Of a stretch of 32,000 bases of DNA, positions 9,143 through 18,309 are shown piece by piece. The notes beneath the pieces are model-generated. The model worked only from the letters and a program-made list of their open reading frames with translations, did not search any database and had not been told where the DNA came from. Source of the DNA: Candidatus Nitrosopumilus koreensis AR1 (GTDB lineage: Archaea; Thermoproteota; Nitrososphaeria; Nitrososphaerales; Nitrosopumilaceae); NCBI RefSeq assembly GCF_000299365.1, contig NC_018655.1, forward strand, positions 630,001 through 662,000. The letters are read 5' to 3'. How positions within the stretch are numbered: position 1 is the stretch's first letter; each line of letters begins with the position of its first letter. Position numbers and translations under genes: made by a program.

Positions 9143-10399
9143 ATGAAAAAGAGTCTAAAGTACATTGCATTACTTGCAATCATCCCTGTGTTTACAGTTG
9201 GGATATCTACTGGTTCTTTCACAGATGCTGAAGCCCTTAAGGGTCAAGGTGTAGGTTCCTCAAAATACGGTTCTAGCACCAATATCTGTGGATTGCAACT
9301 GTGCTCTGACATTCCAGGCGGAAAATCTGCATGGATGGCAGAACAAGAAAAATCCAAACCTGTAACTCCAGTTATGGAAGAAAAAGACGACCATGATTCC
9401 AAAATGGAAGAAAAAATGACTGAAGATGACATGGGGTCTGTACTTAGATTATCAAGAGCAAACGTTCCAGCTACTATTCCGTTGCATCATGGATACTATG
9501 ATGGCGGTGATGTTTATTTCATCATTACCGATTCAAGTGATCCAACACATGCAGACCTGATTACAAATAATCAAGGTTGGAAAGTAGAGCTTGCACCATT
9601 ACTAAAGAATGCACCTGATGAAGCACTTTCAAAAACTTACATGTTTACTAACGGAATAAAAGGTGACGGTGTACATGGTTTCCAAGGAGAAGTTTTCACT
9701 AGCACTCCTGCACAATCAGATGTATACAGTGCATTGACATCACATGTTCATGTAACATGGAATGAAGGTATGACGCCAAGAATTTTAAATTCTGATGCAA
9801 TGGTCATGCAAGCTGCAGACAATGGCGAGGTCACATTGACTCCTGTTAATGTGGTTTTGAACATGCCGCAGATTGTTTGGCCTGATGGACAAATGATGGT
9901 CAAAGAGGACAAAACTTTGACTGATGAAACACCATACGGTGGTGGACAAGTTCTTGATATCGATACAGAAGAGATGACTGTAACTTTCATAGCTCATCGC
10001 GGATGGGGTCCAGACGGTAGAACTATCTATTACATTGTAACAGATGCTACTCCTAGCGGTCCTGCCGAAATGATGGGTGTTGTAAGTACACCAACCTCTG
10101 CAAGTTTAATTGCAAATTCAGCAGCAGTTGATCTATTTCAGTTCAAGAATGGTTTGACTGGTTCTGGTCCACTTGGATTTCAACCTGGAATTGCTACAGG
10201 TGCTCCTGGTGATGAAAACTATTCTCCAATGTGGAGAATTTTCGTAACTGGCTGGGCTAATCCCGAAAATGCACAATTGCTAGAAACCATTGATGATCTG
10301 AATGCATACAGAGAAGCTGGATTGATCGATATTGGAATTGCACGTCCGATGGATAGTGACCACATAGTAAACTGTCCATTCATTGACCCATTCCAATAA
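9143..10399 (+). CDS. secreted protein with an internally duplicated domain
   Basis: ATG at 9143 gives the signal peptide MKKSLKYIALLAIIPVFTVG; the track start at 9134 is TTG. There are two homologous halves (see findings). Confidence 0.7.
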   Translation: MKKSLKYIALLAIIPVFTVGISTGSFTDAEALKGQGVGSSKYGSSTNICGLQLCSDIPGGKSAWMAEQEKSKPVTPVMEEKDDHDSKMEEKMTEDDMGSVLRLSRANVPATIPLHHGYYDGGDVYFIITDSSDPTHADLITNNQGWKVELAPLLKNAPDEALSKTYMFTNGIKGDGVHGFQGEVFTSTPAQSDVYSALTSHVHVTWNEGMTPRILNSDAMVMQAADNGEVTLTPVNVVLNMPQIVWPDGQMMVKEDKTLTDETPYGGGQVLDIDTEEMTVTFIAHRGWGPDGRTIYYIVTDATPSGPAEMMGVVSTPTSASLIANSAAVDLFQFKNGLTGSGPLGFQPGIATGAPGDENYSPMWRIFVTGWANPENAQLLETIDDLNAYREAGLIDIGIARPMDSDHIVNCPFIDPFQ

Positions 10400-10512
10400 G
10401 ATCTCATTTTCTTTTTTATTTTTCAACATTTGTTTAATTTAATTAAAAAATTCTAACAAATTTTCAGAGAATTAACTACATTGTTTATCTCTAATTGTGT
10501 GTATAATACAGT

Positions 10513-10887
10513 ATGAGTATCGCAGGAATGTATATGCTAAACACTCCACAGTATCAGGAGGAAAAAATCCAACAAGCACTAAACATGCTCTATATCGATA
10601 GGAAGAATGAATTTCGAGAGCTATCTGAGATCTTACTATCTGAGAAAGCTCGCAAATCAATTCCAAACTGGAAAGAATTTGTTTTGAATTTTAGTTTGGA
10701 TGTTGAAGAGGCATTTAAGACTTGGTCAGGAAAGAATCCACTACTTTCTAGCTCTCCCCAAAAAGCACTTACTATTCTAAGGCAATTGGGACGTGGAAAA
10801 ACGTCTATGAACCAACTTGCACATCTTCTTAACATGTCGTACAACATTTCATTGGAATTCAAAGAGATCTACAGACGACTAAAGTAA
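10513..10887 (+). CDS. hypothetical protein
   Basis: 124-aa ORF. The antisense ORFs over it look spurious. Confidence 0.5.
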   Translation: MSIAGMYMLNTPQYQEEKIQQALNMLYIDRKNEFRELSEILLSEKARKSIPNWKEFVLNFSLDVEEAFKTWSGKNPLLSSSPQKALTILRQLGRGKTSMNQLAHLLNMSYNISLEFKEIYRRLK

Positions 10888-10945
10888 TCTCTTTAATTCT
10901 TTTTTTGCTAAAACCTAAATTTGATTATAATTTCGATAATTTGTA

Positions 10946-11197
10946 ATGGATTTCATGCTAGAAGAGGAACTAATTGACTTGATGACATTTTGTTTGCAAA
11001 ATCCTGAATCTTCTGAAGTTGCTGAAAAACACAAACGAATCACTGAGATTGGACACGAGCTGTATGCAGACGGCGGCATTGATGCACTTGAGAATTTCTT
11101 TTTTGTACTCAAAAATAGAATTACTGAAGAAATAGAAAAAGATCCATCCCCAATGCGTTCGCTATGGAATGGCCTTACTGATGAATGGCAGTATTGA
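10946..11197 (+). CDS. hypothetical acidic protein
   Basis: 83-aa ORF with globular-looking composition. The overlapping minus-strand ORF is Ser-rich and looks spurious. Confidence 0.5.
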   Translation: MDFMLEEELIDLMTFCLQNPESSEVAEKHKRITEIGHELYADGGIDALENFFFVLKNRITEEIEKDPSPMRSLWNGLTDEWQY

Positions 11198-11689
11198 ATT
11201 TCTGTAAGAAATCTATCCTCTGCCGATTCTGAAAATGGCTGTACTGCATGTTGGGCATGTGCCTTTGATTGCAGGTTTACCATTTTTCATTGTGTATGGT
11301 TTAGCGCCACCGATTTCTCGTTTGTCTCGGCATTTTACGCAGTATCCTATTGTCATACGTTCACTAGGCTCAAGGTTCTATTAGCAAGAACTTGTTGATT
11401 TTTTTTTACTAAGAGGCAAACCTCCGATCTTAATTATTGCGTTACTGAACAATTTTTTTCGTAACGGAGGTGATTTTCGAACAATTTCTACACATTTTTT
11501 AAATAAATGGTGTTTTTTCTAGTGATTTTACACCCTTTGTGTTTGTCATTTTTGATCAGTTGCACATCAAATACGTGTCGATTGAAATTTGCATACATGC
11601 AACTTGAATTCGTTTTTTTTGAATTTGATAAAACAAAATTAGTTTGAGATGATCATTTTTTTAAAAATTCTTTTGATGCGTTATGTAAC

Positions 11690-13135
11690 TTACAACCTTT
11701 CAAGATTTTTAATTATTGTACTTTTATTTACAATTATTTTTCCTGGGTTCAAAACATTTTTTGGATCAAACAATTTTTTTATGTCTTTGAATGTTTCATA
11801 GTTTGTTTTTCCATATTGTTTTTTGATAAATTCTGAACGTGCTAGACCGTCTCCATGTTCTGCAGTTATGGTTCCGCCCATCTTGATAATTTTATCAAAA
11901 AATTCTACAGCAATGTCTTTGATTGATGACGTTTCTATTCTCTTTGCAATCAATCTGATGTGCAGGTTTCCGTTTCCAATGTGTCCGTATATGATTGATT
12001 TTGTCTTGAATTTTTTGTTGATATTTTCTATGGTTGAGAATAGCTCTGGCAGTTTCTCTATTGGTACTGCGGCATCTTCTATTACATGTGGTATCCTGTT
12101 TTCCTTCTTGATGCTTCTAAGGCTGTAATATAGTGAGGAATCTCTGTATTTCCACCACTTGTGAATCTCTTGCTTTTTTGTCAGTTTTTTGGCCATGCTG
12201 CCTGAGATTGTCTGTTTGATTTTTCTCTCGTTTTGGATGATTTTTTCATCATACTCTACAAAAAGCAAGCATTTTGTATTTTTTTGAAAATTATGGTCTA
12301 TCTGTTGTAGTGTGGTGCGATCAACAAATTCTATTGCAGATGGATTGGTATTGTTTATTTTGATACAATCACTTGCAACGTTGCTAATTGAATCGTACTC
12401 TATGACAAAAAGAATTCTTTTTTTTGGAATGTTTTTGATTTTTAGTTTTGCAGCTGTTATGATTCCAAGTGTTCCTTCTGAACCGATAATGATTTTGTGA
12501 CTGTCTTTTGCTGTTTTTATTTTGTCAATTCTGTATCCTGAAGAGTTTTTGGAAACTTCTGGGAATTTCTCTTTGTCAATTTTTATTTTGTTTTTAATTT
12601 TGTTAGAAAATTTTTGGTTTTTTGGAAGTACTACCTTGTTGCCGTTTCCATCAATAATTGTTATCTCAATTACATTATCAATCACACTTCCATACTTTAG
12701 ACTCCTGCTTCCACTGGAGTTATTTCCAATCATTCCACCTATTGAACAAAAAGAACCAATTGATGGATTTGGTGGAAAAAATTTTTTGTTTTTCTCTAGT
12801 ATCCTGTCTAGTTTTCCTTTAACTGCACCTGGACCTACAACTGCTTGATTTTCTTCTACTTTGATTGAATCAAAATTTTTCATATCTAAAACAATTCCGT
12901 TGTTTAGTGCACTTCCAACCAGGCCTGTTCCTGCACCGCGAACAGTTACCGTAGTTTTGAATTTTTTTGCAATCTTTATTGTGTTGATGATGTCTTTTTC
13001 ATTTTTGGGAATTATTATGACCTTTGGAATAATCTGGTATGAGCTTGCATCAACTGAATAAAATTTCTTGAACTCTTTTTCTGTATGTATCTCTCCTTGA
13101 ACTACTTTGGATAGTTCTGTGCTCAAAGAACTCAT
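11690..13135 (-). CDS. FAD-binding oxidoreductase (GlcD / D-lactate dehydrogenase-like)
   Basis: FAD-binding PCMH-type motif VRGAGTGLVGSA. C-terminal TAEHGDGLARS is typical of the FAD-linked oxidase C-terminal domain. Confidence 0.85.
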   Translation of the reverse strand: MSSLSTELSKVVQGEIHTEKEFKKFYSVDASSYQIIPKVIIIPKNEKDIINTIKIAKKFKTTVTVRGAGTGLVGSALNNGIVLDMKNFDSIKVEENQAVVGPGAVKGKLDRILEKNKKFFPPNPSIGSFCSIGGMIGNNSSGSRSLKYGSVIDNVIEITIIDGNGNKVVLPKNQKFSNKIKNKIKIDKEKFPEVSKNSSGYRIDKIKTAKDSHKIIIGSEGTLGIITAAKLKIKNIPKKRILFVIEYDSISNVASDCIKINNTNPSAIEFVDRTTLQQIDHNFQKNTKCLLFVEYDEKIIQNERKIKQTISGSMAKKLTKKQEIHKWWKYRDSSLYYSLRSIKKENRIPHVIEDAAVPIEKLPELFSTIENINKKFKTKSIIYGHIGNGNLHIRLIAKRIETSSIKDIAVEFFDKIIKMGGTITAEHGDGLARSEFIKKQYGKTNYETFKDIKKLFDPKNVLNPGKIIVNKSTIIKNLERL

Positions 13136-13144
13136 TTGATAAAT

Positions 13145-13699
13145 CTAAATTCTGATTCGATAATAATCCCATCGTTCAGGATCAAACTTTGCGACAAACT
13201 CTGCCTGCTCTCTTTCAATTCTTGACTGAATGACGTCTCTGAGTGCAAAACTTGTAAGGTACTTGAATTTTTTTGCATGGGCTTGCATTACAAACATGTG
13301 GCGCATCTCGCTTCCGCCTTTTAGTCCCCAATAACCCATCTTGACTGCAATTGGTTCTAAAAATACGGTATTTCCTAGACCATAATTCTCATCTCTGACT
13401 TCTTCTCGCAGATTATAATTCTCAAGAGCTCCTCCTTTTGCATATCCTACAATCTCTCCTTTCTTGTTGTTTAATCTCAATGTGGTGATGATGGTCTCTG
13501 AATCTTTTATTGACTCTTCAAACTTGTCTAAGAACTGAAGCGGTCTAGGTAACTCTAACATGATTTCGTGCAATGAATTTATGAAATCTGGATCGTTTCT
13601 TGTGGGCATGCTTTCTATTGTTGGTACTAGTCTGAGATTTTTATACGCACAATCAGCTTGAATGGTGATTTCTTGCTGTCTGATTCTCATAAATGACAA
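13145..13699 (-). CDS. hypothetical protein (possible acetyltransferase-like fold)
   Basis: 184-aa ORF. GYWGLKGGSEMRHMF weakly resembles a GNAT motif A. Low-confidence function. Confidence 0.5.
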   Translation of the reverse strand: MSFMRIRQQEITIQADCAYKNLRLVPTIESMPTRNDPDFINSLHEIMLELPRPLQFLDKFEESIKDSETIITTLRLNNKKGEIVGYAKGGALENYNLREEVRDENYGLGNTVFLEPIAVKMGYWGLKGGSEMRHMFVMQAHAKKFKYLTSFALRDVIQSRIEREQAEFVAKFDPERWDYYRIRI

Positions 13700-13706
13700 A
13701 ACAGTG

Positions 13707-14459
13707 TCAAAAAAAGTTTTTTCTCATCTCGTTTGAAAGTACTTTGAGTACTGGCTTTACCATTTCAGTCTCTTTGTTTAGCAGTTCTTCAAAGTATGCT
13801 ACTGCACTTCTGACAATTAATGATGGCCTCCATGCAAGTGCATGTGCGTTCATCTTTGCCATTTCCATGGCTTTGGAAAAATCTCCCAGTGCATACCCGC
13901 TAATTCTGTCCACTACTGTAAGATACCATCCCATCTCCATGATGTGTTTTTGATACTCTATGTTGTTTCTTGTCAAATCTGAATTCTGAAAACACTGTTT
14001 AATTTGAGCCTCTGCATTTTTTTTCAACTCTCCGGCCCAAGGGTATGTTGTTCTTAGAATCAACACCTTGACAATTTCTAAATCAATGTTTGCATTTTTA
14101 ATTAACTGGCCAAGTTTTCTGTCTGCTGAAATAAATTTTAAAACACTTTCTTCGTGTGGTTTGTCAACACTCTTTTCAGGATCAAAGTCATGAAACAACG
14201 CTGCAACATAGAGATATTTTTTATCATCCTGTGTGAATTTTATCTCTTCTATCTTTGTAGCTAGTAATGAAAAATATGTCACTTCTAATTCGTGATTGAT
14301 GTTGTGATATCCGTAATAGTCTCTGCCAAGACCCCTGCTTTCAAACAAATCAATGGTGTAATCTAGCATCTCCACATAACAGTCGTCTTCTAGCCTGTTT
14401 TCTATTAGCAAATCCAGAATGTTACTTCGCATTACCTGGGTGTTTGCAAATAATTGCAT
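13707..14459 (-). CDS. HD-domain metal-dependent phosphohydrolase
   Basis: H...HD pattern: YHNINHELEV followed by LYVAALFHDFDPEK. Confidence 0.6.
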   Translation of the reverse strand: MQLFANTQVMRSNILDLLIENRLEDDCYVEMLDYTIDLFESRGLGRDYYGYHNINHELEVTYFSLLATKIEEIKFTQDDKKYLYVAALFHDFDPEKSVDKPHEESVLKFISADRKLGQLIKNANIDLEIVKVLILRTTYPWAGELKKNAEAQIKQCFQNSDLTRNNIEYQKHIMEMGWYLTVVDRISGYALGDFSKAMEMAKMNAHALAWRPSLIVRSAVAYFEELLNKETEMVKPVLKVLSNEMRKNFF

Positions 14460-14557
14460 TATCCCTCAATCTTTTATCTTGTTTTTAAAGTTGACCTGAC
14501 AACTCTTGAAACTTCGTGTAGAAAGGTTCAATAGAATTGTAAATTTGCTATTTTTAA

Positions 14558-14956
14558 ATGGCAGTAGACGAAGATCTCTTGAAAGTTTTAATTGATTCTG
14601 CTAGTGCTTCAGAGTTTACACTTTATCTAAAAGATTCTTCATACCCTCTTACCAATGTTTCAGTAGCTCATTCTCCAGTTCCTGTCAATGAACCTACTAC
14701 TCGTGGCGGTGTGTATTTTTCAGACAAATTTGCCTACAAGATGAAGGCAACAGTACAAGACCTCTCAGTAGTTCCATTACTTACTAAAAAGATGCTTGGC
14801 CCAAACACAGAGTTTGGCGAGCTCAAAATCACTACTAGTATGACTATTGATGGGAGTATCAAAAACTTGGAAATCTTTACAAATCTTACAAACAGCGTTC
14901 AAACGCCTGACTCTATAGAACTCAGTATGATTATTGTAAAACTAGAATCTGTCTAG
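14558..14956 (+). CDS. hypothetical protein
   Basis: 132-aa ORF. No motif recognised. Confidence 0.5.
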   Translation: MAVDEDLLKVLIDSASASEFTLYLKDSSYPLTNVSVAHSPVPVNEPTTRGGVYFSDKFAYKMKATVQDLSVVPLLTKKMLGPNTEFGELKITTSMTIDGSIKNLEIFTNLTNSVQTPDSIELSMIIVKLESV

Positions 14957-15501
14957 TCTACAAAGTACTTGTCGTATCTTTCTCTGCTTTCTTTGTCTGA
15001 AAGCACCTCGTATGCCTTGTTTAGTTTTGCCATTGTCTCTTCTGAGTCTTTTTTGGTTCTATCTGGGTGATTCTTTTTTGCAAGTTCTCTGAACTTTGTC
15101 TTTATCTCCTCTTGTGTTGCTTCTCTTGAAACTTCGAGTGTTTCATAATAGTTTGGCAGCTCGTTGTTTTTTGCAGCATCTCTGAACTCTTTGTCTTTAA
15201 CGGTGTTTCTTCTTTTTCCAATCTCTTCGTAATCATCTCCCCAGTCTGAATGATACTTTTCTTGTGTCTTGTCTTTTTTTGATTCCAGCTCTTCTTTGTC
15301 GTATGATGTTTTTCGTCTAAGAATAATGTCTCTAGCTAAAAACAAGAACAATCCAATTACTGCTATTGCAAATCCGCTAAACAGAATAATCTTGTCATTA
15401 TCTGATACTTCAAGATCCATGTCTAGCTCTTGGGTTTGCCCGTATGAGACTTGTGCTAAAAATATCATTGTTGAAATTAAAAAGATACTTGAAATTCTCA
15501 A
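14953..15501 (-). CDS. membrane-anchored J-domain (DnaJ-like) protein
   Basis: C-terminal J domain NYYETLEVSREATQEEIKTKFRELAKKNHPDR...AYEVLSD. N-terminal signal-like segment plus a TM helix. Confidence 0.8.
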   Translation of the reverse strand: MRISSIFLISTMIFLAQVSYGQTQELDMDLEVSDNDKIILFSGFAIAVIGLFLFLARDIILRRKTSYDKEELESKKDKTQEKYHSDWGDDYEEIGKRRNTVKDKEFRDAAKNNELPNYYETLEVSREATQEEIKTKFRELAKKNHPDRTKKDSEETMAKLNKAYEVLSDKESRERYDKYFVD

Positions 15502-15511
15502 CTCTTCTTCA

Positions 15512-15951
15512 CTATGTTAATCTAAAATCTTCTTTTGCCGTATTTAATACTACATGTGTGATTGTGTTTTCGACATTAGGCATTGCTCCAAGATCTTTTA
15601 CAAACTTGCTTAGTTCATTTCTTTCCTTAAACTTTGCAATGATTACTGTATCAGTTGAGCCGGTAATGTCATACACTCCACAGACATTTTCAAATTTGGA
15701 TATCTCTTCTTCAACGTCTAAGATGTCGCTTTTTGCAATGATTTCAATTATTGCAGTAAGGGAATAGCCAAGTTTTTCATGATCAATTATTGCAGAATAC
15801 CCGTGAATTATCTTTGCTTTCTCCATTTTTTTATTCTAGATAGAACCGTTACAGTTGACATTCCAAGCTTTATTGCAAGCTGTCTTGCTGATAGTCTTGC
15901 ATCTACCATCAGGTTTTTGAGAATCTTCTCATCTGTATTGTCCAAATCCAC
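15512..15951 (-). pseudogene. Lrp/AsnC-family regulator split by a 1-nt frame change at a homopolymer
   Basis: The HTH half (GTG 15951 to stop at 15808) translates as VDLDNTDEKILKNLMVDARLSARQLAIKLGMSTVTVLSRIKKWRKQR*. The ligand-binding (RAM) half is the track ORF 15512..15826. The frames switch at the T7 run 15826..15832 (A7 on the coding strand). Confidence 0.75.
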
Positions 15952-16074
15952 ACTCTCATAACGGGAAAAATTTATTTAAATTTTCACTAGATTACTGAAA
16001 ATTTGTTTAATCTGTCAGGCTCGCAATCTGTTGTGTCTTTTCAAATTTAAAACAAATAGGTTGCCATATCTCTT

Positions 16075-16302
16075 ATGGATAAAATCGATGAACTTGTTTC
16101 TCAGGGCAAGTCATTTTTGGAAGACGGGAAATACGATGATGCCTTGGGGTTTTTTGAGCAAGCACTTCTTTTGAATCAAGACAACCCTGACTTGTGGAAC
16201 TACAAGGGAATCACACTTCGAAGTCTTGGAAGATACGAAGAGGCAATGGACTGCTTTAACAAATCACTGCAAATTGACCCACGTGACCGACATTCCTCTT
16301 GA
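16075..16302 (+). CDS. TPR-repeat protein (small)
   Basis: Two TPR-like 34-mers (GKYDDALGFFEQALLLNQDNPDLW, GRYEEAMDCFNKSLQIDP). Confidence 0.75.
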   Translation: MDKIDELVSQGKSFLEDGKYDDALGFFEQALLLNQDNPDLWNYKGITLRSLGRYEEAMDCFNKSLQIDPRDRHSS

Positions 16303-16353
16303 TTTTATGTTGACAAACAGTGAATCTATATTATTAACAAAATATTATCTGAT

Positions 16354-16845
16354 GTGTTGAATGACACAGAAAGAATGATGGCAGAAGCCTACGAATGTGT
16401 TGAAGAGGGTGATTTTCATGATGCGCTTAATCTCTATGATCTTGTACTAGAAAAAGAGCCTTCAAACGTTAGTGCCCTAATTGACAAAGGAGTAACTTTG
16501 CAAAACATGGGCAGAATCAAACTTGCAATTCGCTCATACGATAAGGCATTATCAATATCTCCTACAAACATTGATGCTTTGCTTAACAAGGGAACTGCAT
16601 TGCATTCTGATCAAAAGTATGCTGAGGCAATGGAGTGCTATGATGCAGTACTGCAAATTGACAAAAAGTGTGCAATGGCACTTGCATACAAGGGACTTTC
16701 CTTGGGTGAGACTGGAAAACTGCAAGATGCCTTGAAGCATTTCAAAAAGGCATTATCCATTGACAATGAATTTGACTTGGCAAGCATCTCAAAGGATATG
16801 GCACAAAATTTGATAAAATCAATTAAAGAAACTAAAACACAGTAA
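16354..16845 (+). CDS. TPR-repeat protein
   Basis: Four tandem TPR-like units (GDFHDALNLYDLVLEKEP, GRIKLAIRSYDKALSISP, QKYAEAMECYDAVLQID, GKLQDALKHFKKALSID). The track start is GTG; an ATG lies at MMAEAY. Confidence 0.8.
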   Translation: MLNDTERMMAEAYECVEEGDFHDALNLYDLVLEKEPSNVSALIDKGVTLQNMGRIKLAIRSYDKALSISPTNIDALLNKGTALHSDQKYAEAMECYDAVLQIDKKCAMALAYKGLSLGETGKLQDALKHFKKALSIDNEFDLASISKDMAQNLIKSIKETKTQ

Positions 16846-17005
16846 CGTCGCCAGGTGCTGGTTCTCGGTTCATCTCTTTTTCGTGTGACTCGAAAAATTC
16901 TTTGTGTTCTGATTTTTGATGTTCTCTGAGTTTTTCTAAATTCTCAAACCCCTCATGACACAGATAGCATTTTGGCTTGTGTTCGTCTACTAGAGGAAGT
17001 ACCAT
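16832..17005 (-). CDS. C2H2 zinc-finger protein (57 aa), below ORF-track threshold
   Basis: My translation is MVLPLVDEHKPKCYLCHEGFENLEKLREHQKSEHKEFFESHEKEMNREPAPGDVTVF. It contains the classical C-x2-C-x12-H-x4-H finger. Confidence 0.6.
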   Translation of the reverse strand: MVLPLVDEHKPKCYLCHEGFENLEKLREHQKSEHKEFFESHEKEMNREPAPGDVTVF

Positions 17006-17060
17006 GGTATGATATCTTTGCTTGGCTACTTATTTCTTGAGCCTAACTAAGGAATATATC

Positions 17061-18179
17061 ATGAAAGAGACGCCAGACTGTATGCTAGAGCAGTTGGCAG
17101 GCGATTCTCAGGCACTAGATCGAGCCATAGCAGGAGAAGAACTGTCCTACAAAGACGGTCTTGAGCTGATGAATTATGATAACCTGCATTTACTTGGAGC
17201 AGTAGCTGATGCCCGCAGAAAAGAACTAGTTGGAGATACTGTGACTTTTGCAGCATCCTACTACATGAACTACACAAACGTCTGTGCTGCAAGCTGCCAA
17301 ATGTGTGCATTTTACAGAAAAGAAGGTGCAGAGGATGCTTACACACTAACTCCTCAAGAGATTGAGCAACGAGTTGGAATTGCAAAACAGATGGGGGCAA
17401 CTGAAGTTCACATCGTTGGAGGATTTCATCCAAAACTTCCACTAGAATACTATGAAGACATGATGAGAACCATAAAGAAAAGCCATCCACAACTAAACAT
17501 CAAAGCACTAACTGCTGCTGAGATTTTCTATCTATCAAAACTTACAAAAAATTCCACTAAAGAAATTTTGTCTCGTCTAAAAGATGCTGGACTGGATTCA
17601 ATGCCAGGTGGTGGTGCAGAACTGTTCCATCCAGACATTAGAAAAAAAATTGTTAGAGGTAAATGTACAGGACAAGAATGGCTAGATGTAATTGAAGAGG
17701 CCCATAACATGGGAATCAAAAGCAATGTGACAATGCTTTATGGACACATTGAAAAACCTGAACACATTGTTGATCATCTAATAAAAATCCGTGAACTGCA
17801 AAAAAAGACAAATGGTTTCATCACACTTATTCCTCTAAAGTTTAGCCTTGATAACACCGAACTAGAACAAGAACACTTGGTAAACAATGAGTGCTCTTCT
17901 GTTTATGACCTGAAAGTTATTGCACTGTCTAGACTAATGCTTGCAAATACACTAAACAACATCTCTGTTTATTGGGTGGCATACGGAAAGAAACTAGCTC
18001 AGGTTGCACTATCAAATGGTGGCAGTGATTTGGTTGGAACTGCATTTTCTGAGGAGATTTATCGCGCTGCAGGAAAGGCAACCAGTTCTTCTGTTGATGA
18101 GCTTGCAACTATGGTAAAAGAGATAGGACGTGTCCCTGCGCAAAGAAATACTCACTTTGATATATTGAAGACATTTTAG
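17061..18179 (+). CDS. radical SAM enzyme of the futalosine-pathway MqnC/MqnE (CofH-like) family
   Basis: CAASCQMCAF (CxxxCxxC), GGFHP, PGGGAELF and MLYGHIE are typical of the MqnC/MqnE family. ATG at 17061; the track start at 17022 is TTG. Confidence 0.85.
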   Translation: MKETPDCMLEQLAGDSQALDRAIAGEELSYKDGLELMNYDNLHLLGAVADARRKELVGDTVTFAASYYMNYTNVCAASCQMCAFYRKEGAEDAYTLTPQEIEQRVGIAKQMGATEVHIVGGFHPKLPLEYYEDMMRTIKKSHPQLNIKALTAAEIFYLSKLTKNSTKEILSRLKDAGLDSMPGGGAELFHPDIRKKIVRGKCTGQEWLDVIEEAHNMGIKSNVTMLYGHIEKPEHIVDHLIKIRELQKKTNGFITLIPLKFSLDNTELEQEHLVNNECSSVYDLKVIALSRLMLANTLNNISVYWVAYGKKLAQVALSNGGSDLVGTAFSEEIYRAAGKATSSSVDELATMVKEIGRVPAQRNTHFDILKTF

Positions 18180-18207
18180 TTTCGCAATTCTAAATTCTGT
18201 TGGTACC

Positions 18208-18306
18208 ATGGCAAAGAAAAAGACATTAAAAAAAAGAGAAAACCTTCAATGTCACTGGCATTGTCCTTGCGATGATTGCAGAGCAGCTGAAGAGCAGTCT
18301 TTTTGA
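18208..18306 (+). CDS. possible tiny Cys-rich protein (32 aa)
   Basis: My translation is MAKKKTLKKRENLQCHWHCPCDDCRAAEEQSF. It fits exactly into the gap between flanking genes. Very short, so weak. Confidence 0.25.
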   Translation: MAKKKTLKKRENLQCHWHCPCDDCRAAEEQSF

Positions 18307-18309
18307 GAA

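Noticed and set aside
10915-11283. 122-aa minus-strand ORF
   Set aside because: It is Ser-rich and low in complexity, and it is antisense to the better-looking 83-aa plus-strand ORF 10946..11197. Probably a shadow ORF.
11284-11689. C/D-box sRNA or tRNA in the long spacer
   Set aside because: I scanned both strands for RTGATGA / CTGA box pairs and for tRNA-like arms. Only partial matches were found (for example gatgatc near 11648).
16075-16845. Two TPR ORFs as one gene split by a mutation
   Set aside because: They are in the same frame but are separated by two in-frame stops (16300..16302 and 16321..16323), with no homopolymer at the junction. Treated as two genes.
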